Assembly: GCA_963696315.1 (NCBI GenBank)
Contig: CAVOJU010000014.1
Span: 56,605-120,604, forward strand
DNA length: 64,000 bases
Direction of reading: 5' to 3'
Source: an uncultured Gammaproteobacteria bacterium
GTDB taxonomy: Bacteria; Pseudomonadota; Gammaproteobacteria; Methylococcales; Methylomonadaceae
Shown: piece after piece, positions 31,499-43,396 of the stretch
Numbering within the stretch: position 1 is the stretch's first letter
Layout of the letters: each line of letters begins with the position of its first letter
Made by a program: the position numbers and the translations under genes
The notes under the pieces: model-generated
The model's input: only the letters and a program-made list of their open reading frames with translations
Databases searched by the model: none
Told to the model about the DNA's origin: nothing

Positions 31499-31499
31499 G

Positions 31500-32501
31500 T
31501 TAAAGTTTGTCGAGAATGTCTTTTTTCTTGGCAGCGAATTCTTCTGTCGTGATCAAGCCGGCAGCGTGCATGTTTTTTAACTGCGCCAATTTATCCATAG
31601 GGGCGCTTGTCCCAATCCCGGCCGGTTCGGTCATGGCCTGAGCCAGGCTTTGGCCAAATCCTATCCCGGCACCCAGACCCATGCCCATGCCGGCGCCGCC
31701 GCTTTCATTTCGCGCCGCTTCACGCATCGCTTCGAGCTGCTGCACCTTGGCATAATCCAGACCTACTGCCTGAGCGGCCTGGGCTTCGGCCGTTAGATCG
31801 GCAATGCGGTTGATGCGATTCAAGGTAATGTCATCGTAGTCGGTGCCCTCAATACGAAAATCGGTGATGGCAAAACCGAGCTTGCGAAAAGCGATGGCTA
31901 ATTTGACTTGCATGCCCCGCGCAATTTCTTCGCGGTTGGCATCAATATCGATGTAGCTATATTTGCTGCTCGCAAGAAAATCAGCCAGCGGCTGGGTGAT
32001 GCGGGCTGACATGATGTTGCGAAAATCGCTGATAAAAAAGTCGTTATGGCTGCCGACAACATTAACAAAAAAATCCCGGGGTTCCGAAATCTGGTAGCTG
32101 TAATTGCCAAAGGCTTTTAAACCGACCGGAAACTTGTATTTGGGATCTTCATATTTGATGAGCGAAGGGGTGCCCCATTTCTGGTCGAGCACTTTGCTTT
32201 TTTTAAAGAAATAAATGCCGACTTTATGTTCACTCTCAAAGAACTGCATGAATTTTTGGATGGTTGTCCAGAATGGCACGTTATCGGTTTTAAGATTGAT
32301 CAGACAGGGTTTCTGAATGACCGCCTGAATCGTGCCTTCGTAGACAAAAATGCAGCCCTGACCTGGACCTACAATCAGCGTGGAGGCATTCTTTATTTCA
32401 TCGCCATTGTCCGTCCATTGCTGAAACAGGGCATCCGGGTGAGGGTTTTGCCATTCAATGACCGAGCGCAGTTGGCGTTTGATACCGTCAAGAATTGCCA
32501 T
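31500..32501 (-). CDS. SPFH/band-7 domain protein with a C-terminal SHOCT motif (YdjI / virion-core-protein-like).
   Basis: SPFH-like core, a Gly/Ala/Met-rich linker, and a C-terminal SHOCT-like tail (LAQLKNMHAAGLITTEEFAAKKKDILDKL). Confidence 0.65.
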   Translation of the reverse strand: MAILDGIKRQLRSVIEWQNPHPDALFQQWTDNGDEIKNASTLIVGPGQGCIFVYEGTIQAVIQKPCLINLKTDNVPFWTTIQKFMQFFESEHKVGIYFFKKSKVLDQKWGTPSLIKYEDPKYKFPVGLKAFGNYSYQISEPRDFFVNVVGSHNDFFISDFRNIMSARITQPLADFLASSKYSYIDIDANREEIARGMQVKLAIAFRKLGFAITDFRIEGTDYDDITLNRINRIADLTAEAQAAQAVGLDYAKVQQLEAMREAARNESGGAGMGMGLGAGIGFGQSLAQAMTEPAGIGTSAPMDKLAQLKNMHAAGLITTEEFAAKKKDILDKL

Positions 32502-32706
32502 GATAAATTCCTGGGGAGGTCGTAGTGGATGTTGTATAAAAGTTCATGCCGATATCCTGTGTGTCTTGGTAACGGAATTTCAATTAATCCAAAGGGTTTA
32601 AAGCACCTAAACGAATGCCCGATAAGTTCAGGCAATTGCCTGATGCGAAGAGCATTGACGGAAGCGCCGCCTCAATAAAACAGTGATAGTTGGCCGGGGC
32701 TTTACG

Positions 32707-32737
32707 AAATTATGTTTTGACTTGAACAAACTGCTAT
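32707..32737 (+). promoter_or_regulatory. Candidate sigma70 promoter, TTGACT-N18-TCATAAT, upstream of the gamma-carbonic-anhydrase-family gene.
   Basis: Hexamer match read directly from the sequence. Confidence 0.3.
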
Positions 32738-32860
32738 GGGTCATAATGGTCACCGGATTGACAGCTGCCAGACGGTATAAAAAAGACGATAGCCAGGCAT
32801 GGCGGTAACCTTGTTAAGAGTCAAAGTACAGAAAATTATAGCCAGAAATCAGGAGTTATT

Positions 32861-33394
32861 ATGGCAGTCAGAAAATTTAACGGTAAACAGCCAGTCATCG
32901 GCAAGTCAGTTTTTATTGATGATAGTGCTGTGGTTATTGGCGATGTCACCCTGGGCGATGATGTATCAGTCTGGCCGGCAACGGTGATCAGAGGCGATGT
33001 TGAAAGTATCTGCATCGGTGCCGGCACGAATGTTCAGGATGGTTCGGTGCTGCATGTGTCACATGCCGGCAAGTTTTCTCCGGTGGGCCATCCTTTAACC
33101 ATAGGCAAAGGCGTCACCATTGGCCACAAGGCTGTGGTTCATGCCTGCACGATAGGCGATTATTGCCTGATCGGCATCGGAGCCATCATTATGGATGATG
33201 TCGTGCTCGAAGATTACGTCATGCTGGGTGCGGGGGCGCTGGTACCGCCGGGGAAAAGGCTGGAGGGCGGTTATCTTTATGTGGGCTCGCCAGCACGGCA
33301 GACGAGGCCTTTAACCGACACTGAAAAGGAGTTTCTGGAATATTCTAGCCAGCAGTATATTCAGTTGAAAAACGAGTATTTGAAGCAGGATTAA
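32861..33394 (+). CDS. Gamma-class carbonic anhydrase family protein (hexapeptide repeat, YrdA/PaaY-like).
   Basis: Left-handed beta-helix hexapeptide repeats, 177 aa. Confidence 0.85.
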   Translation: MAVRKFNGKQPVIGKSVFIDDSAVVIGDVTLGDDVSVWPATVIRGDVESICIGAGTNVQDGSVLHVSHAGKFSPVGHPLTIGKGVTIGHKAVVHACTIGDYCLIGIGAIIMDDVVLEDYVMLGAGALVPPGKRLEGGYLYVGSPARQTRPLTDTEKEFLEYSSQQYIQLKNEYLKQD

Positions 33395-33405
33395 AGGTGG
33401 AGGCT

Positions 33406-34236
33406 TCAAGAACTGCGTTCGGCATTCAGCAGGTCGATGACGGGGCGGGTTTGAGGGCGAACGCCGCGCCAGATAAAAAATGCTTCAGCCGCCTGCTCGA
33501 CCAGCATGCCCAGTCCGTCCAGACTTTGTGCGGCGTGATGTTCACGGCCCCAAAGCACAAAGGCAGTGGCTTTATTGCCGTAAGCGAGGTCATAGCACAC
33601 GCCGTTGTTAGCCAGCAAATTCTCGGGCAGGGGCGGCAGTTGGTCACTCAGGCTGGCTGAAGTGGCGTTTAAAATTAGATCAAATGACTGCTTTGCTAAA
33701 TCGTTAAAACTGCAAGCGCTCACAGGGCCATGAGCCTGAAAGCTTTGGGCCAGACTGATGGCCTTGTCTGCCGTGCGATTGGCGATGGCCAGTGAGCGCG
33801 GCGATTGTTCAAGAATCGGGCCGATAATGCCCCGGCTGGCGCCGCCCGCGCCCAGAATTAAAATGTTGCTTCCGGTTAAGTTGAGCGCATGGTTAAGGGT
33901 TAAATCGGTAATCAGGCCTATGCCATCGGTATTATCGCCGAGTATGGAGCCATCGGCCTGCAATGCTAGTGTATTGACCGCCTGGCTCAACCGAGCCCGC
34001 GCCGTTTTGATATCGGCAAATGCAAAGGCCAGTGTCTTGAGCGGCACGGTGCAGTTTAAACCCTTGCCGCCTTGCGCAAAAAAGGCACTAGCCGCAGCCT
34101 GGAAATGTTCGGCTGGCACTTCCTGTGCAGTATAACTAAGTGTTTGCCCGGTTTGTTCGGCAAAAAGCTGATGGATTCTCGGTGATTTGCTGTGTTTGAT
34201 GGGCTGCCCAAAAACAGCATAGCGGTCGGTAGTCAT
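33406..34236 (-). CDS. aroE: Shikimate dehydrogenase.
   Basis: MTTDRYAVFGQPIKHSKSP...NTDGIG signature; start set at the internal Met. Confidence 0.9.
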   Translation of the reverse strand: MTTDRYAVFGQPIKHSKSPRIHQLFAEQTGQTLSYTAQEVPAEHFQAAASAFFAQGGKGLNCTVPLKTLAFAFADIKTARARLSQAVNTLALQADGSILGDNTDGIGLITDLTLNHALNLTGSNILILGAGGASRGIIGPILEQSPRSLAIANRTADKAISLAQSFQAHGPVSACSFNDLAKQSFDLILNATSASLSDQLPPLPENLLANNGVCYDLAYGNKATAFVLWGREHHAAQSLDGLGMLVEQAAEAFFIWRGVRPQTRPVIDLLNAERSS

Positions 34237-34775
34237 GAGGCCTGCGCTCTTTTTTCCAGCAAAATTTCCCATAGAATGGTTGCCGCGACGATGACAAGGG
34301 CAATCACTAATTCTATCCAGAGAAAATGTTCGGTGTAGGCTGCAATGACAGCGGACACGCCCATGAACAGTCCCACCAGGCTAAAACGCCAGCCTACGCG
34401 CAGGCCGTCAAGAATCGTTGAAAGTGACAGGATTAACAAAATTACCAGACCGGCATTTTCAGGCGCCAAACGCCCGGACTTTTGGATTAAAAATGCCCCG
34501 CCGACCACCAGCAAGGAGGTGGCCCAATGCAGGGATTGCTCGCGCAAAATTTTCTTGAAATCAGATGTCCTATGTTTGGATTGCAGCCAGGCAATCAAAA
34601 TGGCAAACAGCGCAAATACCAACACCATGATAATCCAGTAGCCATAGCCATCAGCCGGTGAATAATCGGTAATGCCAATGCCCACCAGCGACAGAATCAG
34701 CAACAGAATCAAAATGGCTTCTTCAATGTGAAATTTTCTTTTGGCAGTAATAATGGTGTCTTCAGGCATGGACAT
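34233..34775 (-). CDS. Hypothetical polytopic membrane protein.
   Basis: Hydrophobic 180-aa ORF that overlaps the aroE start by 4 nt. Confidence 0.5.
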   Translation of the reverse strand: MSMPEDTIITAKRKFHIEEAILILLLILSLVGIGITDYSPADGYGYWIIMVLVFALFAILIAWLQSKHRTSDFKKILREQSLHWATSLLVVGGAFLIQKSGRLAPENAGLVILLILSLSTILDGLRVGWRFSLVGLFMGVSAVIAAYTEHFLWIELVIALVIVAATILWEILLEKRAQAS

Positions 34776-34806
34776 AAGACAGGCCTCCTGTGAAGTTTAG
34801 GGATTA

Positions 34807-35817
<1,011 letters not shown>

Positions 35818-35988
35818 CTAATCCATGTCCATGGGTTTGGGAATTATCAGAATTTCAGGTTTATATCATCCACGTTCGCGTAGTATATTGGCGAGCAACT
35901 GGTTTTGAGATTTATTGTATCAGGGAATTTTTATCCCCGATATTTGAAATGTGGAAAGCATTCGCGAGTTCAAATTTTAGAGGTTTTT

Positions 35989-36633
35989 ATGAAGGTTAAA
36001 GTTTTTACAGCTTGGGTTTTATTTGCGGTACTACTTGGCTTGCTGCCGGTAGCCAAGGTGATGGCCGCTGATTTGTTGCCACCGCAACAGGCGATTGAAA
36101 AAGCATCATCAAAATTGCAGCAAAGATTGCAGGATAAATCCTTTACTAAGGATTTCGCGCAAATCGCGCGGTTTGTGAATGACGCTATTTATCCTCACAC
36201 CGATTTCGACAGGATTTCGGCACTGGTGCTGGGACAAATCTGGAAAACCGCCAGCCCCGATGAGCGCCAACGCTTTAAACAAGAATTCCAGACCCTGCTG
36301 GTCAGAACCTATTCCAGAGCCTTTGTGGAGTTTCGTGACTGGTCAATACGCTACTTGCCATTGGAAATGGAAGACGGCGCCACTAAAGCAATCGTTAAAA
36401 CCGAAGTGCTCCAGCCCGGCATGCAGCCAATTGCCGTCAATTACCGTATGTTGCTCAGCCAAGGTGAGTGGAAAGCTTACGACATCATGATTGAGGGCGT
36501 CAGCCTGGTCACCAATTACCGCACCACTTTCAGCAACGAAGTAAAAACCAAAGGTTCGTTAAATGCAGTAATTGACGGGTTGGCCAAGCGTAATGCCGAA
36601 GCGCTGGCCGGTAACGCATCCGCAAGGTCTTAG
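35989..36633 (+). CDS. MlaC/Ttg2D-family periplasmic phospholipid-binding protein.
   Basis: Signal peptide followed by a toluene-tolerance Ttg2D-like sequence. Confidence 0.7.
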   Translation: MKVKVFTAWVLFAVLLGLLPVAKVMAADLLPPQQAIEKASSKLQQRLQDKSFTKDFAQIARFVNDAIYPHTDFDRISALVLGQIWKTASPDERQRFKQEFQTLLVRTYSRAFVEFRDWSIRYLPLEMEDGATKAIVKTEVLQPGMQPIAVNYRMLLSQGEWKAYDIMIEGVSLVTNYRTTFSNEVKTKGSLNAVIDGLAKRNAEALAGNASARS

Positions 36634-36851
36634 TAGTGTAAGCAGCCGCTCTGGCACCCCGCTGACAGGGCGGCTTATTAGCCACGAATCAGCAATGTCG
36701 CTATTTTGCTGCGTGGCGCAGCAGACCATTCATCTTGCAGCAGATGCTGTATCCAGTGTCCCCAAGTCAATGAATTCCCCGAAATATCCCTTATATGTCA
36801 GCTCTGAGGGTGAATTGGCGCGTTTAACTTTGCCGCCATTATTACCCTGAA

Positions 36852-37835
36852 ATGACAGAGTATCAGCCGTTAATCAAGGCGCTGCATGAGGCCAAAGCCG
36901 AGGCCTGGGCGGAACTACTGCCGCAGCAGCTTGCCCGTGCTTTTGATGCTGACAAGCATGGCCATTTAGAGGAATGGCAACAGCTGATAGAGCAGTTGCC
37001 GGTTTTGCCGCCATCACAACGTAATCTGAATGCCAATACCGTACAGATTGGCTGCTCTGATGACTTGACGGACGAAACAAAAAAACAGTTGGAACATCAC
37101 CTAAAGGCATTACATCCCTGGCGCAAGGGCCCCTATGATCTGTTCGGCATCAAAATCGATAGCGAATGGCGTTCGGACTGGAAATGGGAGCGCCTGAAAA
37201 ACCATATTGCCCCTCTGCAGCATCGTTTGGTGCTGGATGTCGGTTGCGGTAACGGCTACCACTGCTGGCGAATGTTAGGCGCAGGCGCCAAATTGGTGGT
37301 CGGCATTGATCCGACCCTGCTCAGCGTCATGCAATTTACAGCCGTAAAAAACCTACATGGCGAAGCGCCGGTATATGTCTTGCCCTTAGGCATAGAAGAT
37401 GTGCCTTATGGCTTGAAAGCCTTTGATACGGTGTTTTCCATGGGCGTGCTTTATCACCGCCGTTCGCCGATTGATCATTTGCTGGAATTAAGAGATTGCC
37501 TGCAGCCCGGCGGCGAGCTGGTATTGGAAACACTGGTCATCGAGGGAGGCCTAGGCGAAGTGCTTTTGCCGGAGGACCGTTACGCCAAAATGCGCAATGT
37601 CTGGTTTCTGCCCAGTTGCGGTACCTTGATCAGCTGGTTGAAACGCTGCGGTTTTATTAACATTCGTTTGGCCGATGTGACTACCACCACGATTGAAGAG
37701 CAACGCAGCACCGCATGGATGCGGTTTCATTCACTCAAAGACTTTCTGGATGCCGAAGATCCAATGCTCACCTGCGAGGGTCTGCCCGCCCCCAAGCGGG
37801 CCATCATCATTGCCAATTCGGCATCGAACGGCTGA
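36852..37835 (+). CDS. cmoB: tRNA U34 carboxymethyltransferase CmoB.
   Basis: HPWRKGPYDLFGIKIDSEWRSDWKW and VLDVGCGNGYHCWRM motifs. Confidence 0.9.
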   Translation: MTEYQPLIKALHEAKAEAWAELLPQQLARAFDADKHGHLEEWQQLIEQLPVLPPSQRNLNANTVQIGCSDDLTDETKKQLEHHLKALHPWRKGPYDLFGIKIDSEWRSDWKWERLKNHIAPLQHRLVLDVGCGNGYHCWRMLGAGAKLVVGIDPTLLSVMQFTAVKNLHGEAPVYVLPLGIEDVPYGLKAFDTVFSMGVLYHRRSPIDHLLELRDCLQPGGELVLETLVIEGGLGEVLLPEDRYAKMRNVWFLPSCGTLISWLKRCGFINIRLADVTTTTIEEQRSTAWMRFHSLKDFLDAEDPMLTCEGLPAPKRAIIIANSASNG

Positions 37836-38146
37836 GCTAGCCGGTAACCGCTCCCCATATCCTTTCATGAGCTTGTTGTCGTGCTCAGCGAGTTGCTTTG
37901 CCTGCAAGAAGCTTGATTTTGCTGTCATTTCGACCATCGGGTGAAATCGCTTAAAGCGCTGGAATATGGCTAAGCCTTAAGATACTTCGCTTTGCTCGGA
38001 ATGTCAACCCTTAAGTCACTATTCAGGCTTGCCATTCAAACAAGCCTCTTAATGTGAAAAGCCTTGTTCTCAAAGCGCTTTCCGGCATAGACTTCTAGCC
38101 CTGTTATTGGCATAACACGCATATCTAGCTATTCGAGGAGTGCTTT

Positions 38147-41100
38147 ATGAATTACATCCAGATTGTCTTTACCCTTGCCGTCTCTGTGCTGATCGCGGCA
38201 CCCTCGTCAGCCGCAAATCCTACCAGGGCAGAGCTCACTCTCCAGTCCCAGCAGAGGCTTACCAAAATGCGCGAGGCGCTGGGTCTCGACGAGAATCACT
38301 CTTTCCAAATGCGAACGCCTGCAGCAGGATGCACTGGGGCAAACGCACATACGTTTCCAACAGTTCTACCACGGCATTCGCATCTGGGGCGGTGAAGTAA
38401 TCACCCACACGCAAGCGGATGGACGTGAACTTCCCGCCACCACTTCGGCGCTTAAACAGAATATTCAGGTCGATATAAAGCCGAAACTCTCCACTGCCGA
38501 TGCGCTGGCCTTGGTCAGGAAGGATCTCGCCTCGCGCTTTGACTTCACCGCCAAGCCCACGGTCGAACTCGTGATCTATCCCGAAACGGTGAGCCGGGTG
38601 TTACCCCGCCGAGCCCTTGTTCCCGAAAATAAGTTGAATGCCGAAGACTTTGTCACCGAGGTAAAAGGCTACCAGCTGGCCTACTACATCCATACGGAGC
38701 TGGAGCATCCGGGTGACACGCGCCACACGGACTATCTGGTGAATGCTCATACCGGCGCGATCATCGAGAAGTGGGATAGTCTTATGACCGCGGCAGCAAT
38801 CGGCACCGGAAAGAGCCAGTACAGCGGCACCGTAAATCTTAACACCAACAGCGTGGCAAACGGCTTCGAGTTGCGGGATTTGACCAGGCCTGTCAGCGGC
38901 GGCAACGTCATTTACAATCTCGATCACGCCACTTCAGGAACCGGTACCCTCTATACGGACCTCGACAATACCTGGGGTGACGGCATCAATTTCAAGGAGG
39001 ACCCTGAACCCACAACGTCAGCCAACGGGCAGACCGCTGCGGTGGATGCGGCTTTCGGGTTACAGGCCACCTGGGATATGTACAAGAATGTGTTCGGGCG
39101 TAATGGTATCAATGGACTCGGCACCCCCACCTACGCGCGCGTGCACTACGATTTTGCCTACGATAATGCCTTCTATTCAGACCAATGCATGTGCATCACC
39201 TACGGTGACGGAACCAAACTTCAGACCTTCACCTCCCTGGATATCGCCGCCCACGAATTCGCCCATGGCGTATGCATGACGACGGCAGGTCTCATTTACA
39301 ATAAGGAATCCGGCGGTCTGAACGAAGCCAATTCCGACATCATGGGCGCCATGGCGGAATTTTATATGCGGGGAGCCAACGGCCAGGGCAGCGTTATCCC
39401 TGATACGGGTGGAACCTGGACGCAAGGCGAGCAGATCACCACCCCCGCCTTTCCTCTCAAAATGCGTTTCTTGTACAAGCCCAGCAAGGACGGCAAGAGT
39501 GCCGATGCCTGGAGTCCCACCCTTAAAAACCTGAACGTTCATTACAGTTCCGGCCCCATGAATCGCGCCTTCTATTTCCTGAGTCAGGGCGCTACCAAGA
39601 CCGGAGAAACCTCTACTTCCTACTTGCCGCAGGGCATGACGGGCATCGGCAACGATAAGGCCGCCAGGATCTGGTTTCGTGCCCTGACTACTTACATGAC
39701 GCCCTCTACTGACTACGCGGGGGCCAGAATCGCTTGCATCCAGGCGGTAAGAGATTTATTCCCGGTTTCAGGATCCGAGGAAATCGCTGTGTGGAACGCC
39801 TTCGCCGGCATCAATGTTGGTAGCCCCTGGACGGGTCCCGATGCGCCTCCCAGCGTCACCGTTAGCGAAAGCGGGCAGAAGGGAACACTTACCTTCAGTG
39901 CTACCGCCAGTGATGACAAGGGGGTGGTCAAGGTTGAGTTTCTCCTCGATGGCGCTCTGGTGGGCTCAAGCACCTCGGTTCCTTACAGCATGACCTATGA
40001 TTCCCTGATGCAGGATGACGGCAGTCATACCCTGGTGGCCAGGGCCACCGATACTTCTGGCCAGTACACCAATGCCACGATGACTTTTACCATCGCTAAC
40101 GGACAACTCATCCGGAACGGCAGTTTTGAGAAAGGCTATGGCGTGGGCTGGTCAAATACGACGGGTATGCAAATCGGCGCCATCCTCGGCCAGACGGCTT
40201 ATGACGGCACCAAGATGGCCAAGTTCTGCGGCACCGGATCGAAAATGAGCGTAGGCCTTTATCAGTCGGTTGCCATTCCTGCCAATGTATCTTCGGCAAC
40301 CTTGAGTTATGCCTTGCACGTCGAAACCAAGGATACCTCTACCAGCGTTGCCAGCGACACTTTTGCCGTACAAGTCCGCAATAGTGCAGGAGCTATTCTC
40401 AAGACGCTGGCAACCTACAGCAACCTGAACGCAGCAACGGGCTACAAGGTTTACAGTTTCGATCTGGCTGCATTCAGGGGGCAGACGATCCAGCTGTATT
40501 TCCTGGGGGCCGAGGATGCGGCACTATCCACGGGTTTTATACTGGATAAGGTGAACCTCATGGTGAGCGATGGGGGTGGCGACCATGCGCCCACCATCAG
40601 TGCCAGCGTAAGCGGCAGCAGCGGCATTATCACTTTCTCGGCCACGGCTTCGGATGATGCCGGTGTGACCAAGGTTGAGTTCTACGTGGACGGTGTTCTC
40701 AAGGGTGCCGACGAGACCGCTCCCTATACCATGACCCTGGACAGCAAGACGCTAAGCAATGAAGCCCACATTCTGGTGGCCAAAGCCTACGATGCGGCGG
40801 GTAATGTCGGTACATCAACGCCAGTCAGCTTTTCGGTCAGCAATACGAGTGTCGATCAAGAACTTCCGGTCATTTCCGTCAGCGTGAACGGCAGCAGCGG
40901 CACCATTACCTTCAATGCCACGGCCACCGATAATAGTGGCGTCACCCGAGTGGAGTTTTACGTGGACAATATCCTGAAGGGTACGGATACTGTTTCGCCC
41001 TACAGCATGACCCTGGATTCCCTGAGCCTAAGCGATGGCAACCATGTCTTGATGGGCAAAGCGTATGATGCCGCAGGCAATATCGGTACGTCTTCAAGTG

Positions 41101-41492
41101 TCAGCTTCACGGTCAATAATGCCGGGCCCACTCCCACTACCTACAACGAGGTGGAGAACAACGGCACAACCCAGACGGCCAACGTGATCGCCGACACTAT
41201 TACGAAGATTGTGGGCTATATCGGCACGTCTACCGATCAGGACTATTTCAAGATCAACGTTGCTGCCGGTCGCACCGTAACGGTTACTATGACGGGTCCA
41301 GCGAAAGACTACGACCTCTATCTGCTGAGCAGCTCTGGGAACACCTTAAAAACCAGCGCCAACGTCGGGTCCACCGAATCGGTGACTTACAAAAATACCG
41401 GTACAGCGGCGGCTAATTACTATATCAAAGTGGTTGCTTTCGGAGGGGCCTATACCACAACTATGCCCTACAACCTTGCCCTCAGCCGATAG
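38147..41492 (+). CDS. Secreted M4 (thermolysin-family) metalloprotease preproenzyme with three C-terminal Ig-like repeats and a PPC domain. A frameshift lies near 38300-38315.
   Basis: Signal peptide (ORF 38147..38395). The FTP/PepSY propeptide (...ERLQQDALGQTHIRFQQFYHGIRIWGGEVITH) reads in the frame of the 38511 ORF. HEFAHGV and EANSD zinc-binding motifs are present. There are three repeats of about 95 aa (GTLTFSATASDDKGVVKVEF...) and a terminal pre-peptidase C-terminal (PPC) domain. Confidence 0.85.
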
Positions 41493-41623
41493 TCCATCAA
41501 CAACCCCAGCAATATCCAGATCAACTCCAGTTATTTCCGTCTCTCTGGCCCTGCGCATAGACGGAATGAAGATATCGGTCAAGGTTGAAGTCCGCAGTGA
41601 GTCGAAGATACCGCTGTCATCAG

Positions 41624-41660
41624 CATAGGGGGCAAAAGATAAGGCTGTTTGCCCCCTATG
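41624..41660. terminator. Strong GC hairpin (catagggggc...gccccctatg) downstream of the protease gene.
   Basis: A perfect 10-bp stem read directly; no clear T-tract follows. Confidence 0.4.
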
Positions 41661-41759
41661 CTTGTGCGGAAAAGCCTGCCGCTGGCATAATTCTGTCATA
41701 TTCAATCACTAACCAAATTCTGATGAATCCATCTACCCATTCATTTTCTGAGAGTTGAT

Positions 41760-42744
41760 ATGACATTATCATTTAAACAAGCATCGCTGGCTTTGGCGCT
41801 AGGTGTCATGTCATTCGCGCCGCTGAGCAGTCAAGCAGCCACCAAATTGACGGTTGACCCGAGTCTTCCTGCCTATCAAACCGCCGCCGGGATTTCAGGT
41901 AGCCTGTCCACCATCGGTTCCGATACCCTGGTCAACCTGATGACCTTGTGGGCCGAGACTTTCAACAGTTTTTATCCGAATGTGAATATTCAGATTCAAG
42001 CGGCAGGTTCTTCGACTGCGCCGCCCGCGTTGACCGTAGGCACGGCAAATCTGGGCTCCATGAGCCGGGAAATGAAAGACGACGAAATCGAGGATTTCGA
42101 AGACAAAATACGGCTATAAACCGACCGCTTTTCCGGTTGCCATTGATGCGCTGGCGGTGATGGTGAACAAAGATAACCCGATTAAGGGCTTGTCGATGGA
42201 GCAGATCGATGCGATTTATTCAGAAACACTGAAATGCGGCGCCAGCAAGGAAATTAAAACCTGGGGTGATGCCGGCGTGGCCGCCTGGGGCGCGAAAAGC
42301 ATTCAATTGTATGGCCGTAACTCGGTATCGGGTACCTATGGTTATTTCAAAGAACATGCGCTCTGTAAAGGCGACTTCAAGAGCAGCGTCAACGAACAGC
42401 CCGGCTCTGCTTCGGTCGTGCAAGCGGTGACGACTTCGGTCAACGGTATCGGTTATTCCGGTCTCAGGTTATTCGACTTCCGGCGTCAGGGTGGTGCCAT
42501 TGGCCAAAAAAGGCAGCGCCGATTATGTCGAACCGACTGCCGAAAATGCACTGAAGGGCGCTTATCCCTTGACCCGCTATTTGTTCGTCTATGTGAACAA
42601 AAACCTAATCAGCCATTACCGCCGCTCGAAAGGGAATTCCTGAAAATGGTATTATCAAAGGAAGGCCAGGAAATCGTAATCAAGGGCGGCTATATTCCAC
42701 TGCCTGCAAAAGTGGTCGAAAAATATTTGAACGAACTCAATTAA
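41760..42744 (+). CDS. PstS-family phosphate-binding protein, with three frameshifts near 42106, 42465 and 42603.
   Basis: Signal peptide followed by GSDTL...; ORFs 41760..42119 and 42157..42744, plus an alternative-frame segment ([42 protein letters not shown]), reconstitute one PBP. Confidence 0.7.
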
Positions 42745-42810
42745 TTGGCGACCGCGCCAGCGTTGAGGATCAAATTGCCTTAACAGCCAATCCGCCTCCA
42801 CCAAAATATG

Positions 42811-42866
42811 ATAGAGCTATAGGGCGCAATAGCGCAGCGTATTGGGCCTTATCGGGTTTTGCTCAT
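42811..42866. repeat. REP-like palindromic repeat, copy 1 (agctataggg...caatagcgcagcgtattg...ccttatcgggtt).
   Basis: Matches the repeats at 43271-43390 and 45588-45650. Confidence 0.6.
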
Positions 42867-42884
42867 AAGTGTTTAGCATGAAGC

Positions 42885-43265
42885 TTGTGTTCACTTCTTA
42901 TGCCGAGGTCCTACCTTTTAAAGGTTATGCATAAGTTATCTAACATCGCTACTAAAAATACAAAAAATCAAGACAAAATTATGAAGAAATCACATGATTT
43001 AGGCATTATTATCGTTCTTCTCGAGCGTTTTCAAAAACAAAGACTTCCCAGGATCTTAAAAATTAAAGAAAAAGTAGACAATGGTCAATGCCTTGAAGAA
43101 TTAGACATTGAATTCTTGAAGGTATTATTTGCTGATGCTAAAAGTAATTTGCCTCTGCTTCATCGGCATACGGAATATGATTATCTAGCGGGGAAGATAA
43201 CCTTCCTGTACCATGAGATTACTGAAAAAGCCTTACAAAACCAAAATGCTAACGGAAGACGTTAA
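42885..43265 (+). CDS. Hypothetical small protein in an AT-rich (about 33% GC) block flanked by REP-like repeats.
   Basis: ORF only, with no recognisable motif; composition is strongly atypical. Confidence 0.35.
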   Translation: MCSLLMPRSYLLKVMHKLSNIATKNTKNQDKIMKKSHDLGIIIVLLERFQKQRLPRILKIKEKVDNGQCLEELDIEFLKVLFADAKSNLPLLHRHTEYDYLAGKITFLYHEITEKALQNQNANGRR

Positions 43266-43270
43266 TCATC

Positions 43271-43390
43271 AGAGCTATAGGGCCATGGGGCACAATAGTG
43301 CAGCGTATTGCGCCGAATGATTGGCGGCAAACATGCGGTGCAATATGGCTAACGCCTTTGCACCCTAAGAATAGCGCCTCATCGGGTTGC
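43271..43390. repeat. REP-like repeat cluster, copies 2a and 2b.
   Basis: agagctatagggcc...caatagtgcagcgtattg, then ggtgcaatatggctaacgcctttgcacc...agcgcctcatcgggttgc. Confidence 0.6.
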
Positions 43391-43396
43391 AAATCC

